Shown one piece after another: positions 11,978 to 22,694 of a DNA stretch of 64,000 nucleotides. The notes beneath the pieces are model-generated. The model saw only the letters and a program-made list of their open reading frames with translations. It was not told where the DNA came from and searched no databases. The stretch's first letter is position 1. Every line of letters begins with the position of its first letter. Source of the DNA: Corallochytrium limacisporum Hawaii (lineage: Eukaryota; Protista; Pluriformea); assembly GCA_002811645.1 (NCBI GenBank), contig PDIP01000077.1, positions 22,226-86,225 on the forward strand. Direction: 5' to 3'. Both the position numbers and the translations under genes were made by a program.

Positions 11978-12685
11978 ATGCCTTCGGCAACAGAAGACCG
12001 CACAGAAGAAGAGCTAAACGAGCTCAAATCCCTGGTGGCGAGTGCCCTGGAAACTAGTGGATCTTTGGGAAAGATTCGTGCAGAACTACGAGCGTCAGTA
12101 TTTTTGACTTTGAAGTACCAGGAACAGCGGGAAGATCCGAGTAATGCTCTGACTCTGCACAATCCAAAACTGCAGAAGTACTTGGAAAGTGACCGTGGGG
12201 CATTAGCTGTGGCTTTGCTGAATGACTTCTTTGACCATTTCGACTTACCGTACACAAAAGGTGTCTTTTTTCAGGAGATCTGTAGTGAAATGGATCAGAA
12301 TGCCGGAGAGCAGCTTTTGCAGACAGCCCGTCTGGACACTGGCGGATCTCTCCCCGCATTGGATGTTCTCTTGGACTATCTTCCAAAACCGGGACGTGAA
12401 ACCACAACGAAGAAGCAGCGTGACCCAATCTCTTTGAATGACTCAGTCGACGATGAAGAAGGGTTCTTGCCACCTCGGGATCCCGCCAGCGGCAATCGTG
12501 CCAAGGCTCCGCTGCACAAGGACCTGGATACCACAGACGAGGACGTCGCTAAGCTCGCGGACATTGAACGGCGGCTACAGCATTATCGCGAAGCCGAGCG
12601 AAGCGAGCAGGTGACTTCAGACCACACTCTGTCGCATTCAATCAACAGCGATGAATATGACTACGTCGAAGATGTTGGAAACTAA
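11978..12685 (+). CDS. CEP43: Centrosomal protein FOP/FGFR1OP (CEP43), N-terminal LisH/FOP dimerisation domain
   Basis: LKSLVASALETSGSLGKIRAELRASVFLTL and ALLNDFFDHFDLPYTKGVF, with a C-terminal DYVEDV tail typical of FOP. Confidence 0.85.
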   Translation: MPSATEDRTEEELNELKSLVASALETSGSLGKIRAELRASVFLTLKYQEQREDPSNALTLHNPKLQKYLESDRGALAVALLNDFFDHFDLPYTKGVFFQEICSEMDQNAGEQLLQTARLDTGGSLPALDVLLDYLPKPGRETTTKKQRDPISLNDSVDDEEGFLPPRDPASGNRAKAPLHKDLDTTDEDVAKLADIERRLQHYREAERSEQVTSDHTLSHSINSDEYDYVEDVGN

Positions 12686-12795
12686 CTTCAATGATCAAAT
12701 ACAAATAAAACTGTCATGGATTTACTTGCTAGCACTATACCGCAAAACATTAATTATGAACACTGTGGATGTGAAGAAAAGGCGATCACATAAAG

Positions 12796-13866
12796 CTATT
12801 TGTACAGCATGCGCATCGCTTTATCCAGAAATGCAGCTGCAGCAGCATAGTCATCGTACTGCAAGCTGCTGATGGCGTACTTGCAGTTCTTGATAGCCTG
12901 CTGCTGGTCTGCTGGGCTCATGTCGGATATGAGGGAGCCCATGGCACTGTAGTCTGGAGCATCCGTAGGTGCTTGACCACGGATCCCTCCACCCGTTGAA
13001 GGTGCCGCTGGCTTTGCAACTCTGCTCGCTGCGGGTGGCGGTGGATGTCTGGGCGGATTTGGGCTCGGCACACGCGGAGGAGGCTGACGCAAAGCATCCA
13101 GTCGTGCGGCAGCGGCCTTGTCATCTTCTGGTGGAGGTGCTGATGATGTCGGCGGCTGGTAACCTGTGGACGCGGATGACGAGGACGCTCGGTTGGCTGC
13201 GGCAGCCACATCCAAGTCACTGTCAAAGCCAGCTCCCGGTGCTCCCGTAGGTACGGACGGTAGTGCAAACTCATCGTCGTCCTGAGGCTGTGCCGGCAGA
13301 GCTCCTGCTCCTGTTCCTGGCTCCGCCGCCCCGGTCGCATCAATCGCTCCTTCCTCACCGGGCACGCCTGGGGCAGGGGTCCGTCCCTCCTTCAGAGCCT
13401 TTGTAATGTCTGCTGCCTTAAACCGGGCGTAACGTTGCTTTTCAAAAATGTCTTGCGGTAGCTCGCCGTCCTCCTGCCACAGTTTGAGCACTTCGAAGAC
13501 AAATGACGAAGCATAGAAGGACCGAGCTGTCTTTTTGTTGGCCCTTCCAGCACGGTCTTCTCGATCGGAGTAGGCAAAAAGCTTCATGGCAAATTGTTCT
13601 ACTTCGGCTGAGCCAATGTCATCGTTAGCAATACCTTCGTGTTCGGATAACTCCTTCTTGTCCGACTCCAGTCTCATCATGATATTCAGAAGGAACTTCT
13701 TTACTTCTGGGTCTTTCTGATCCACGGCCGGATCCTTAAGTGCTGTCTGACAAGTGAACAACCGGCAGTAGTACGACACCACTGGTGCGACGCGCTCAAA
13801 CTCCTCAGCTCTCTTCAAAAACGGCTGAAGAGGCAGCAGTGAGTCTGGCATAGCGTCCGACGACAT
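12796..13866 (-). CDS. VTA1: Vacuolar protein sorting-associated protein VTA1/LIP5
   Basis: MIT region PVVSYYCRL, TARSFYASS, YARFKAADITKALKEG; Pro-rich linker; VSL domain AIKNCKYAISSLQYDD. Start set at the first ATG (13866); the track start at 13935 is TTG. Confidence 0.93.
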   Translation of the reverse strand: MSSDAMPDSLLPLQPFLKRAEEFERVAPVVSYYCRLFTCQTALKDPAVDQKDPEVKKFLLNIMMRLESDKKELSEHEGIANDDIGSAEVEQFAMKLFAYSDREDRAGRANKKTARSFYASSFVFEVLKLWQEDGELPQDIFEKQRYARFKAADITKALKEGRTPAPGVPGEEGAIDATGAAEPGTGAGALPAQPQDDDEFALPSVPTGAPGAGFDSDLDVAAAANRASSSSASTGYQPPTSSAPPPEDDKAAAARLDALRQPPPRVPSPNPPRHPPPPAASRVAKPAAPSTGGGIRGQAPTDAPDYSAMGSLISDMSPADQQQAIKNCKYAISSLQYDDYAAAAAFLDKAMRMLYK

Positions 13867-14750
13867 TTTGTTGTGGCCCGACTGGGTGATAATAACGCTG
13901 ATATGTGGGGAAGATTGACAAACTATGTTGTTCAAATTTCCAACTTATCACTGTCTATCTTCTGTCCTCCTATACCTTCACAAACCCTCGGGGACGCGCA
14001 TTAAAGTGAACGTGGAGAAACCCGGTATATTCCCAAGCAGAACCAACGCCCGTGATCTTGACGCGATTGCATGCCTGTGATGCGGAACTTCCCGGGCGCA
14101 CTTACAAGGCCTGTTAACCACCGATTCCCCTTTTCGCCAAGTGTTGGTGAATAGGTACACAGCGGCCCCGCCAGAGTCGTCGGCCGTATTCTCAACCCGT
14201 TCGCCTGTTTGGACTCTATCCCCCTCTCCATCGGTCACTAGCCATCCCCATAGCCGCCCTCCCTGCGATACCCAATGAATAAACCAGGCGCTGACCCGTC
14301 ACCGGCCGGATACGGAACCGAAAAATATTTTTTCCTTCCCCTCTATCAAGATATATAACTGAACAACTTATTTTACGAATTAAACCGGAGTCCTACTATA
14401 CCAGGTCTTCCCATCGGGGGTCTCTCGAGGGGCAGTTGGCCTGTGGCTGCTGCGCTCGTTGTCGGGAGAGATCCACAGACCCCCCCGGCTAGAACGCATG
14501 CTCGTGCATACGGACCCATCACGTCAGTTGGCGTGTTTTGAACTCGCCGGGCCTTCATAAGTTCTATTCTGGGCTTCTTTTTGTAGATCAGTAGATGTGT
14601 CCCGCCTCGTATTTATTGGTCGCATACATTATCGTTCAACAGTGTGCACCGGACCGCATCATGTAACGACACGTGAAAGTGTTCTATCCATTGTTCAGGT
14701 TGAAACATTCGGAATGACATAGGCCGTATTATATTTGAATTTGGTCTCCG

Positions 14751-16946
14751 ATGCAACCAGCAAACATGCAACACGAGCACCGACCTGTGGCAGGAGATGG
14801 CCGTGCTATTTTGATCATTGGCCTAGGATTCACAGGCCAAAGACTCGCAAAGAAACTGATGAAGGACCACAACTTGTCTGTAATCGGAACCGTTCGTTCA
14901 GAAAGTAAAGCGAAACAATTGGAGACGGACAATCCTGGTCTGCGTTGCTTGGTGTTTGATGGATCAAGTGCGAGCAATCCGGGTCCAGGCTTATCTGATT
15001 TGGTGGCTGCGTTGGACAATGGCGACATTAGTCATGTTCTACAATGTGCACCTCCCAATGCGGGAGACATTGATGGTGATGCCTTCTTGAAGAATCAGGA
15101 TGCTTGCAAGGCACTGAAGAATGCAGTTGACAACAGGTGTATTGTATGGATGGGTTATCTGAGCACAGTTGCAGTATACGGCAACCACGATGGCGGTTGG
15201 GTCGACGAGGAATGCCCTCTTAACCCGGTAAGTCGACGGGGGAAGCTTCGCGTCAAAGCAGAGTCACAATGGCGTGATCTTCAGGGTCCTTTGCACATCT
15301 TTCGACTGCCAGGTATTTATGGACCCTTTCGCGGGCCCCTGAACCGCATTCGGCAGGGAACTGCGCGTCGCATTAGGAAAGCGAACCAATACTTTAGCCG
15401 TATCCACGTTGAGGACATTGCCGGAGTTCTAATAGCCTCTATGCTCAGTCCAGAAGTTACTAACGCCAACGTTGTAGAAATCTTGGCCGCACATCCGCTA
15501 TCTGCGGGTGTCTACAATGTTGTCGATGACATGCCGGCACCAAGTTACGAAGTCACCGCCCACGCTGCATACTCCGCTGGCCGATACCCGCCACCATTGC
15601 AGGACTGGGATCAAGTGAAGGACGAGCTTTCTCCCATGGCCCGTAGTTTCTACGGAGAGTCAAAACGGGTAAAGAACACGAAAATCACGACGGAATTGAA
15701 GTACGAACTGGTGTATCCGACTTATGTTGAAGGTCACGCGGGACAACTGCGGGAGGAAATGAGTGGGTTGCCGTACCTGGAGCGTCTGCGAAGTCAAATA
15801 TTGCCTGTCCGGACCATCGGCATTGTCATAGGCTACTTTCTGCAGCAACCTGCCGTGCAAGCCTCCTTATCGCTTATCAATGCCATGGGCAGCAAGGTGT
15901 CTAGTTTGTTTATACATGGTACGGATAATTCATCTAAGCGGACGGAAGACTACATTTTACTCACGGATAATGGCTCGCTCAAGCCAGCATCGACCCTCGC
16001 CCTACGCGATGTCGCACGTCGCTTAAGCAAGGCTTTGGGTAAGGACGTGAACCCTGTCAGTTTCCGGTTCAGCGACCGCATCCCTCAGGATCTACTTGGC
16101 AACATGCCTGCACATTCTCTGAAACCCTGGCTAGAGAGCAACAAGGACACTTTGCGCTCTATCATTATTCTGCCATACTTCCTGGGACCCAGCAGTGCCA
16201 TCGACCAGGGCATCAAGGGCGTACTGAAGGAAGTGTTAGGCGACGACAATGGCGGAAGCGGTAAGCCCGCAAACGGCACCGGCGATCCAAAGGTACCACC
16301 GCACCGCTGGGCCGTAGCGGAACCAATGGCCATCGATGAGTGGGGTGTTGACGCCGTGGCACGCATTCTCCTGGACAATGCAGCTGAATCGCTTCGCGGT
16401 CTGCAAGCCGATGGCCTGGATCACGAAAAGGGTGATATCGTCCGGCTCGTTGCCTGCGATCATGGTAGTCCCAAGAAGGAGGTCGCGGCCGTGCGCGATC
16501 GTATTGCTGCGCGTATGCAAGCTCTGCTTGATCCGTCTTCGAGTGATGTGGCTCACGCCAATGCCGTGAAGGACATCAACAGTGACAACGAGTCCTCAAT
16601 AGCTGAGCTGCGCAAGTTTGTGACTCTGCCGGTAAGCCCGTGTTCTATGGAGCGCCGGGAAGGTGATTTGTACAAGTTTACAGACCCACTGCTGGAAAAC
16701 TTGGTCGATGCTCTGGATCTGCACAAAGACGCCGGTGAGCGTCGAGATCTGTACGTTGTTATTGCTATGATGTTCTTGAGCCCTGGCCGGCATGCTGGGC
16801 CCGGGGGGGACGTTGCGCAGATCATCCAAGAGCTCGAAAAAAAGCATGCAACTGCTCGCATCTCAACCGTTGTCACGGGCCTCATGGGAGCCCATCCAGC
16901 CACCACACAGATTCTGACCAAGCGCTTCAAAACGCTGTCGCTGTGA
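14751..16946 (+). CDS. Fusion of an atypical SDR/NAD(P)-dependent epimerase (YeeZ-like) and a CbiX-like sirohydrochlorin chelatase
   Basis: aa ~18-335: GLGFTG, YLSTVAVYGNHDGGWVDE, FRLPGIYGP, FSRIHVEDIA, ESKRVKN. From aa ~401: DNGSLKPA, LPYFLGPS, DHGSP, SMERREG, FLSPGRHAGPGGDV. One uninterrupted 731-aa ORF. Confidence 0.85.
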   Translation: MQPANMQHEHRPVAGDGRAILIIGLGFTGQRLAKKLMKDHNLSVIGTVRSESKAKQLETDNPGLRCLVFDGSSASNPGPGLSDLVAALDNGDISHVLQCAPPNAGDIDGDAFLKNQDACKALKNAVDNRCIVWMGYLSTVAVYGNHDGGWVDEECPLNPVSRRGKLRVKAESQWRDLQGPLHIFRLPGIYGPFRGPLNRIRQGTARRIRKANQYFSRIHVEDIAGVLIASMLSPEVTNANVVEILAAHPLSAGVYNVVDDMPAPSYEVTAHAAYSAGRYPPPLQDWDQVKDELSPMARSFYGESKRVKNTKITTELKYELVYPTYVEGHAGQLREEMSGLPYLERLRSQILPVRTIGIVIGYFLQQPAVQASLSLINAMGSKVSSLFIHGTDNSSKRTEDYILLTDNGSLKPASTLALRDVARRLSKALGKDVNPVSFRFSDRIPQDLLGNMPAHSLKPWLESNKDTLRSIIILPYFLGPSSAIDQGIKGVLKEVLGDDNGGSGKPANGTGDPKVPPHRWAVAEPMAIDEWGVDAVARILLDNAAESLRGLQADGLDHEKGDIVRLVACDHGSPKKEVAAVRDRIAARMQALLDPSSSDVAHANAVKDINSDNESSIAELRKFVTLPVSPCSMERREGDLYKFTDPLLENLVDALDLHKDAGERRDLYVVIAMMFLSPGRHAGPGGDVAQIIQELEKKHATARISTVVTGLMGAHPATTQILTKRFKTLSL

Positions 16947-17034
16947 ACTTGGATTCTCCACTTGGCATGTCTAAGAACAACACAAAGTCATTAGCCTGTA
17001 CAATAAGATAGCACTGTAGGAATCGACAATTGGC

Positions 17035-18648
17035 TCAGGCCACTGTTTGCACTTTCGGCTTCATTACGAGTGGAATGTCAGCTACAGGCTGAGCTAGGCC
17101 ACTGGTGCCGTAGCCGTACTTTGGCAGCGCTTCTGGAGGCAGCGGCAAGGCATCGAAAGGCAGTAGCTGCAGCGCACGGGCCACTCCGACCACGCACTCG
17201 ATCTCAGCTAGAGACATCCCGGGACACATGTGCAGGCCACGGCCAAATGCTAACATCCTAGCAGGATCGGCAAGTTCTTTACCCTTGCTCGAATCCCACC
17301 GGTCCGGCATGAATACATTGGGCTCAGGGAATATCTCTTTGTCATAATGGACTCCAATCTGCGCAAGGCCAATAAACTCCCCAGCCTGGACTGTCTGGCG
17401 ACATCCTGGCATGACAATGGTCTTCACGACCAGCCGCGCATGCATTGGCCCTGGAATCATGCGGGCCGTCTCCTTAAAGCACATCTTCAAGAATTTCATG
17501 CTGTTAAAACCGGCCTTGTCAAGCTTGAAGTCTTCTCCTGTGTCTTCATTGCTGCCAAAGACGAGATCAATCTCCTCTCGAGCCCGCACAAGGAATTCCG
17601 GATTGCTGATGATTTGGTGTAACATGAAAGTGGCTGCCGCATGGGTGTTAGCAATGGCAGCAAACATCATCGCAAAGATCTCGCAGGCTATGAGGTGCGT
17701 AGAGATTCCTTCCTGTAGCATGCCGCGCAGATAGACACCGAGTTGTAGCTCTGCTTCGTCCTTTTTTGCATCGAATGCGTCGGATAGGGGGTGTTCCTCC
17801 GGGTGCTCCTCCAAGAAATCATCAATTACTTTCTGTATCAGAGCGGCGCACTCTAGTCGAATTCTCTTTCCTTCGTTCTTGGTCTTTGTGTCCCAGCCAC
17901 CACTGTGCATGAACCTAGCAAACATGACCTCGAAGCGGCCCAAACGTTCCAAAACCTCAGGATTTCGGTAGCACGCCGTTGCCCAATTTCCCAGGAATAG
18001 ACGCGCTGTGGTGCCCACGAAGGCCTGTTGAAACACAAAGAGTGGGTGCATATGGGGCAATCCCGAATGCGCGACGTGACCGCAGGTTTTCTTAGTCCAT
18101 GGGTGGCCACCACTCCGGCACGGGTCATCATTATCACTACTGCTGTTTTTCAGAAGTTGTCGCATATGATCCGACAATTCATCGTCGATGTCAGGAAGGC
18201 GGAAACTGAGCTTCGGCATCACGGTCTTCTTCAGTAACTTTGTGCCTCGATGATTTTCCTCCGGTCCGGTCAAGCCGAGGGGTAGCAGATCATTGTTTAA
18301 TCCCAGAGCATGTAACCCCTCCCAGAAACTCATCTCCTGAAGGTCGGCAAAGAACATGTGTTTGATGTCCTGTGGTCCAAAGACACACAACATCGGTTTG
18401 GTCCCGATCATGACCCATTGGTACGGTTCGCAGGATTCAGTTGCGGCATTAACTATTGCCTTCTCATAGATTTCCATTGAAAATGCTTCGGGGCGCTGAG
18501 CCAGCTCTAGGCCTGCTCCGACTATTGGAATCCAGCCACCGACGTACTTTCTACGGGACCAGAGCCAGGCAGTGAAAAGCACCACCGCGAGGGCTACGTA
18601 CAATGACAGCTTCTCCATCACAAATTGTACTATTGCTGCAATCTCCAT
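17035..18648 (-). CDS. Cytochrome P450 with a CYP7/8/39-like I-helix
   Basis: N-terminal TM anchor, FAAIANT I-helix, ETAR (ExxR), PDRW, heme motif FGRGLHMCPG. Confidence 0.92.
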   Translation of the reverse strand: MEIAAIVQFVMEKLSLYVALAVVLFTAWLWSRRKYVGGWIPIVGAGLELAQRPEAFSMEIYEKAIVNAATESCEPYQWVMIGTKPMLCVFGPQDIKHMFFADLQEMSFWEGLHALGLNNDLLPLGLTGPEENHRGTKLLKKTVMPKLSFRLPDIDDELSDHMRQLLKNSSSDNDDPCRSGGHPWTKKTCGHVAHSGLPHMHPLFVFQQAFVGTTARLFLGNWATACYRNPEVLERLGRFEVMFARFMHSGGWDTKTKNEGKRIRLECAALIQKVIDDFLEEHPEEHPLSDAFDAKKDEAELQLGVYLRGMLQEGISTHLIACEIFAMMFAAIANTHAAATFMLHQIISNPEFLVRAREEIDLVFGSNEDTGEDFKLDKAGFNSMKFLKMCFKETARMIPGPMHARLVVKTIVMPGCRQTVQAGEFIGLAQIGVHYDKEIFPEPNVFMPDRWDSSKGKELADPARMLAFGRGLHMCPGMSLAEIECVVGVARALQLLPFDALPLPPEALPKYGYGTSGLAQPVADIPLVMKPKVQTVA

Positions 18649-19291
18649 TTTGGCGAGAAGTTTGAGTGGTTCTCATACACCCACACGAAACGTCAATTAC
18701 CTTTACTGCACGGACGTATGCGCTCCTGCATCACAGACACAAGCCCTGAAAAACGGAGCGACGGTCGTCCAGATACTGAGGCATAGGTTCTGTTGCTGTC
18801 CCCGCGAGGGTGGCTTTTCCTCGTCCCCACGGGTGCTATCCCCGCTGTCACCGCTTTATCAGCAGACTCCGCACGCAGTGCAGTGGCCATAATTCGGGTG
18901 GGTGCGCGGGAGTTTAGTGGAAAAGCCGGCAACGGTACCAACCCGCATTCCTCCCGATCCTCCCGACCCCTTCGGCCACCCACAGGGCGGAGGGGCCGCA
19001 TTCTTTCTCAATCAAACGATAACTTTCCCTTCGGGCCCTTGCAACGGCTGGAAACTGCGCAGGGCAAGTAGGAGCCCGCTGCTACCATCCCGAATCGCTC
19101 GCAGCAACAACAAAACTAACCGGTTCGGACGTTCGATAGGACAAAGGACTGGTGTTTCAGCTATCACATCGTGTCATTGAATTGCTTTACAAGGACAATA
19201 GCGGTATATTTGACATTTTGTTTGGATGAAAAGCTCACGGGAGGCAGATGCGTGCTTGACTAGTTACCTGTAATGGCCAGACAACGAAAAC

Positions 19292-22171
19292 ATGATGAAG
19301 ATGTTTGGCTGGACCTGGTACGCTCTCACCGTGTTCTCTCTGTTCTCAGCGGAAACTCCATATGGAGCGTCGCTGTTTGAAATAGATGTGGCGCCACAGC
19401 ACGTCGGGTATTTACAGTCTATTGTTTCGGTACCCAGCACTGGCAAGGAATGTCGTCGAGTTGACGAATCCTGCGGGCATGGCACAGGTAGGACTGCGCA
19501 CTGGGGCGTACATGAGTGGAGCCGCTGTACATATACTTGCGAAGGTGTCACACCTGCTGACGATTCCAATTGCATCGACGCCGAAATAGACCTTGAAGTT
19601 CGTACGATCAAGGCCTGTGGCCTGCTTCCTGGATCCGCGGTGTGTACAGAATTCATTCAGCACTTCACCACTGGTGTGGGCAGTTTCGGGAAGCAGGAAC
19701 CGGACCCTGTGTTTCACTCCGTCGGTGGAGGAAGGGAGGATGATCCGCACAAGGGTGAGGCCGACATGAACATCTTCCATCAGGAGGCCAGCGTGCACGT
19801 TGCTTTCCCCAATATTCCGTTGACTGAAGGTCAGCAGTTCTTAGAGTATCGGGCCCGGCACGTCATTCCGTACCTCGGTACGATAAACGTGTCAAAAAAG
19901 GATCTCCCTCGTGGTGGCCTGGACAGTGGTGGCTTTGTCATGCTCTTCGATGGCAGCAGCTACATTGCACAGGAGGACATCAGTGAAGCGAAAGAGAAGA
20001 ATAACTGCATTTCGCCTAGACAGGATTGGACCAGTATGCATAGTGGTTCAAGTGTGAACAGAGTTGCTACTGAAGACTTTGTAGGTTCCGATCCGTTACC
20101 GCCATTTCTGCAGAATCTAGCGCTGATGTACAAGCATGTTGAACCCTCTGCCTCGCCGTCCAAGCCTGTGACCATTTACTCATCCTCGTCACACTTCCTG
20201 GTGGCATCGCATGCCAACGTTGAGCGCCACCTGGAAGACGACGGCGTACCCATGCTCAAACTGGGACTCATGGGATCGGTAAAATCTGTGCCTGTTGGCT
20301 ATGACGTCAGTTTTATGGAATTCTCCTGGGACATGGGCATCCACGCTGCATTCCTGCAATGGGGTAGTGCTTTGCGCATGCGCTACAATCTGCCTATAGA
20401 GAGCACCAGACCAAGTCGTTTCACAGATTATCTCGGATACTACACCGACAATGGTGCGTGGTACTACTACCGTGGAGAGCCGACTGGCAAGCGACAGAAG
20501 GCCCTCAACCCCAACGGAACACGTTTCCCCGCTGATATGCCGTTGCTACTAAAGGCAGTGGCAAATGCCGCGGACAACGACGGTATTCCCTTCCGCCATG
20601 GCCAGATGGATTCGTGGTGGTATGAGCACGGTGAACATGATGGTGTGAAGGCCTGGGAACCAAACTCCCAGTATGTGCCGTCTGGTAAGCTGGACGCCTC
20701 GGATCTGCCCCATCAATGGTTTGGCTGGACCGCCCACAATCGCTGGTGGGACGAGGACACAACGTATGCAAAGGACAATGGTGGAGAATATGAAATTTAC
20801 ATTGAACATGTCAATAATGTCTCCATTCCTTTGGGCACCGATGATTTCTGGAATGACCTCATGCGGAAGGCTAAAGTTGAAAGAGAAATTGGCGTGTACG
20901 AGCAGGATTGGCTCGATGAGCAGATGAAACGTACAGAGCTCGTGAGGCAAGATGCTGAAGCTGGGGATCGATGGATGCGGTCCATGGGCAAAGGAGCCAT
21001 CGAGCAAGGCGTAGAGATCCAACTGTGCATGGTCTACCCTCGGCATGTCCTTAGCGCCGTATCCATGGCCAGTGCAAATGGACGAGGTGGCAGCGGACCA
21101 GTGACCCCGGTCGTTACTCACATCCGCGGCAGTGATGACTACCAGCCAGGCAACCAACAATGGCAAGGCCTCGGCCTGAGCTCGTATTTCATTTTTGCAG
21201 TCGGTGCAAAACCGTTTAAGGACACTCTGTGGTCCACTCCCGAGCAGCCTGGTAGTCCATACGGAACAGATGCCAAGGAGCCGCGGCCGGCACTGCAAGT
21301 TGCGGTGTCTGTTTTGACTAGCGGTCCGGTGGTGCCCGGTGATCGCATGGGGCACTGGGATGCCGCCCTGATCAACCGTGCATGCAACTCCTCCGGTCGT
21401 CTGCTGCGCGCTGGGCACCCAGCTCATGCGGATGAAACGCTGCTGGCACTGCAAGCCATGGGAATCCCTGGATGGTGGGACTATGTCGAATTGTGGGCGA
21501 CCGGCTCATACCTGGCGGGGTACCCAGACGGTCCCATCTTCATCACAGTATTTGCAGCGCTGCGCAGGCTGGACAACGATAAGGAAACTTGTATGAAAGA
21601 ACTCTTGGGCGATGAGGAATTCAACCCGCTGGAGTTCGCTCCGATGTACGCAAAACATTTGCTAAAGAGCCGCATCTCCACAGCTACGAAGACTGATGGC
21701 AACGCAATCGAGCGCACCGGAGTACAGCACCAGGGCCTTGGCGGTACAATTGAGTACGTCCTGGATACTGTACAATCCACGATTGCGAACGCCAGACCCC
21801 CGCCATCTGCAACACCGGTCACCGATTTTGACCTATATCATTGGTCGCCGGTCTTGCTAGGGGGCCGTATTGCTGTTCTAGGAGAGTACACAAAATGGAT
21901 GCCTCTGTCCCCGGATCGCATGACGCTGTCCATGGAAGATTTGGCCATGACTATTTCTTTCTTTGGGGGGCCTTCTGAAGATATTTCCTTGGCCTTTGCC
22001 TCCATTCCGGGCACAAAAGTTTGCTTCACGGGCATTGGAGGCGCGACCGTGACAAAGCAGATGCCTCATGTGGGCGTCAAGACCCATAATGACGACGTGC
22101 TTGATGTTTACGATGTGGCGGTGAAGCTTTCTATCAGTGGCGATGGTGGCCTACTCGTCACTGTGGCATAA
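19292..22171 (+). CDS. Secreted glycoside-hydrolase-like protein (clan GH-D-like TIM barrel)
   Basis: 959 aa with a signal peptide; GYYTDNGAWYYY, QMDSWWY, HNRWW, YEQDWL, RGSDDY and SGPVVPGD parallel the DDGW / nucleophile-D / RxSxD / GGPxxxSD layout of GH36/GH27. Confidence 0.65.
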   Translation: MMKMFGWTWYALTVFSLFSAETPYGASLFEIDVAPQHVGYLQSIVSVPSTGKECRRVDESCGHGTGRTAHWGVHEWSRCTYTCEGVTPADDSNCIDAEIDLEVRTIKACGLLPGSAVCTEFIQHFTTGVGSFGKQEPDPVFHSVGGGREDDPHKGEADMNIFHQEASVHVAFPNIPLTEGQQFLEYRARHVIPYLGTINVSKKDLPRGGLDSGGFVMLFDGSSYIAQEDISEAKEKNNCISPRQDWTSMHSGSSVNRVATEDFVGSDPLPPFLQNLALMYKHVEPSASPSKPVTIYSSSSHFLVASHANVERHLEDDGVPMLKLGLMGSVKSVPVGYDVSFMEFSWDMGIHAAFLQWGSALRMRYNLPIESTRPSRFTDYLGYYTDNGAWYYYRGEPTGKRQKALNPNGTRFPADMPLLLKAVANAADNDGIPFRHGQMDSWWYEHGEHDGVKAWEPNSQYVPSGKLDASDLPHQWFGWTAHNRWWDEDTTYAKDNGGEYEIYIEHVNNVSIPLGTDDFWNDLMRKAKVEREIGVYEQDWLDEQMKRTELVRQDAEAGDRWMRSMGKGAIEQGVEIQLCMVYPRHVLSAVSMASANGRGGSGPVTPVVTHIRGSDDYQPGNQQWQGLGLSSYFIFAVGAKPFKDTLWSTPEQPGSPYGTDAKEPRPALQVAVSVLTSGPVVPGDRMGHWDAALINRACNSSGRLLRAGHPAHADETLLALQAMGIPGWWDYVELWATGSYLAGYPDGPIFITVFAALRRLDNDKETCMKELLGDEEFNPLEFAPMYAKHLLKSRISTATKTDGNAIERTGVQHQGLGGTIEYVLDTVQSTIANARPPPSATPVTDFDLYHWSPVLLGGRIAVLGEYTKWMPLSPDRMTLSMEDLAMTISFFGGPSEDISLAFASIPGTKVCFTGIGGATVTKQMPHVGVKTHNDDVLDVYDVAVKLSISGDGGLLVTVA

Positions 22172-22484
22172 ACCTGTTCGACTGAATCCTAACATTCTGG
22201 TGTCATGCAATTGCTTTAAGTTAAAATGACGTTAGGTGGCAGGCCGGACTCCTGCCCTGCGCACTCTTGAGCTCTACGATGGCCGCAGCCCCGCAGTACA
22301 CTCTCTCCCCCTCCCGGATATCACACGATGCTCGGGTAGTGTTTGGACCCTTGTCCCGGAAAAGGGGAAGACCCGGAGGGGGGAGAGGGGGAAACACTGT
22401 CGATCGCCAGCGGTGTGTGTGCCCGCCCCTTTCCCGGCACACGCCGTTTTCTATTTTTTTTTCGTTTGTGGTTCTCCTGCCCCC

Positions 22485-22694
22485 NNNNNNNNNNNNNNNN
22501 NNNNNNNNNNNNNNNNNNNNNNNNNNNNNNNNNNNNNNNNNNNNNNNNNNNNNNNNNNNNNNNNNNNNNNNNNNNNNNNNNNNNNNNNNNNNNNNNNNNN
22601 NNNNNNNNNNNNNNNNNNNNNNNNNNNNNNNNNNNNNNNNNNNNNNNNNNNNNNNNNNNNNNNNNNNNNNNNNNNNNNNNNNNNNNNNNNNNNN
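22485..22694. other. Assembly gap (210 N)
   Basis: N run flanked by C and G tracts. Confidence 1.
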
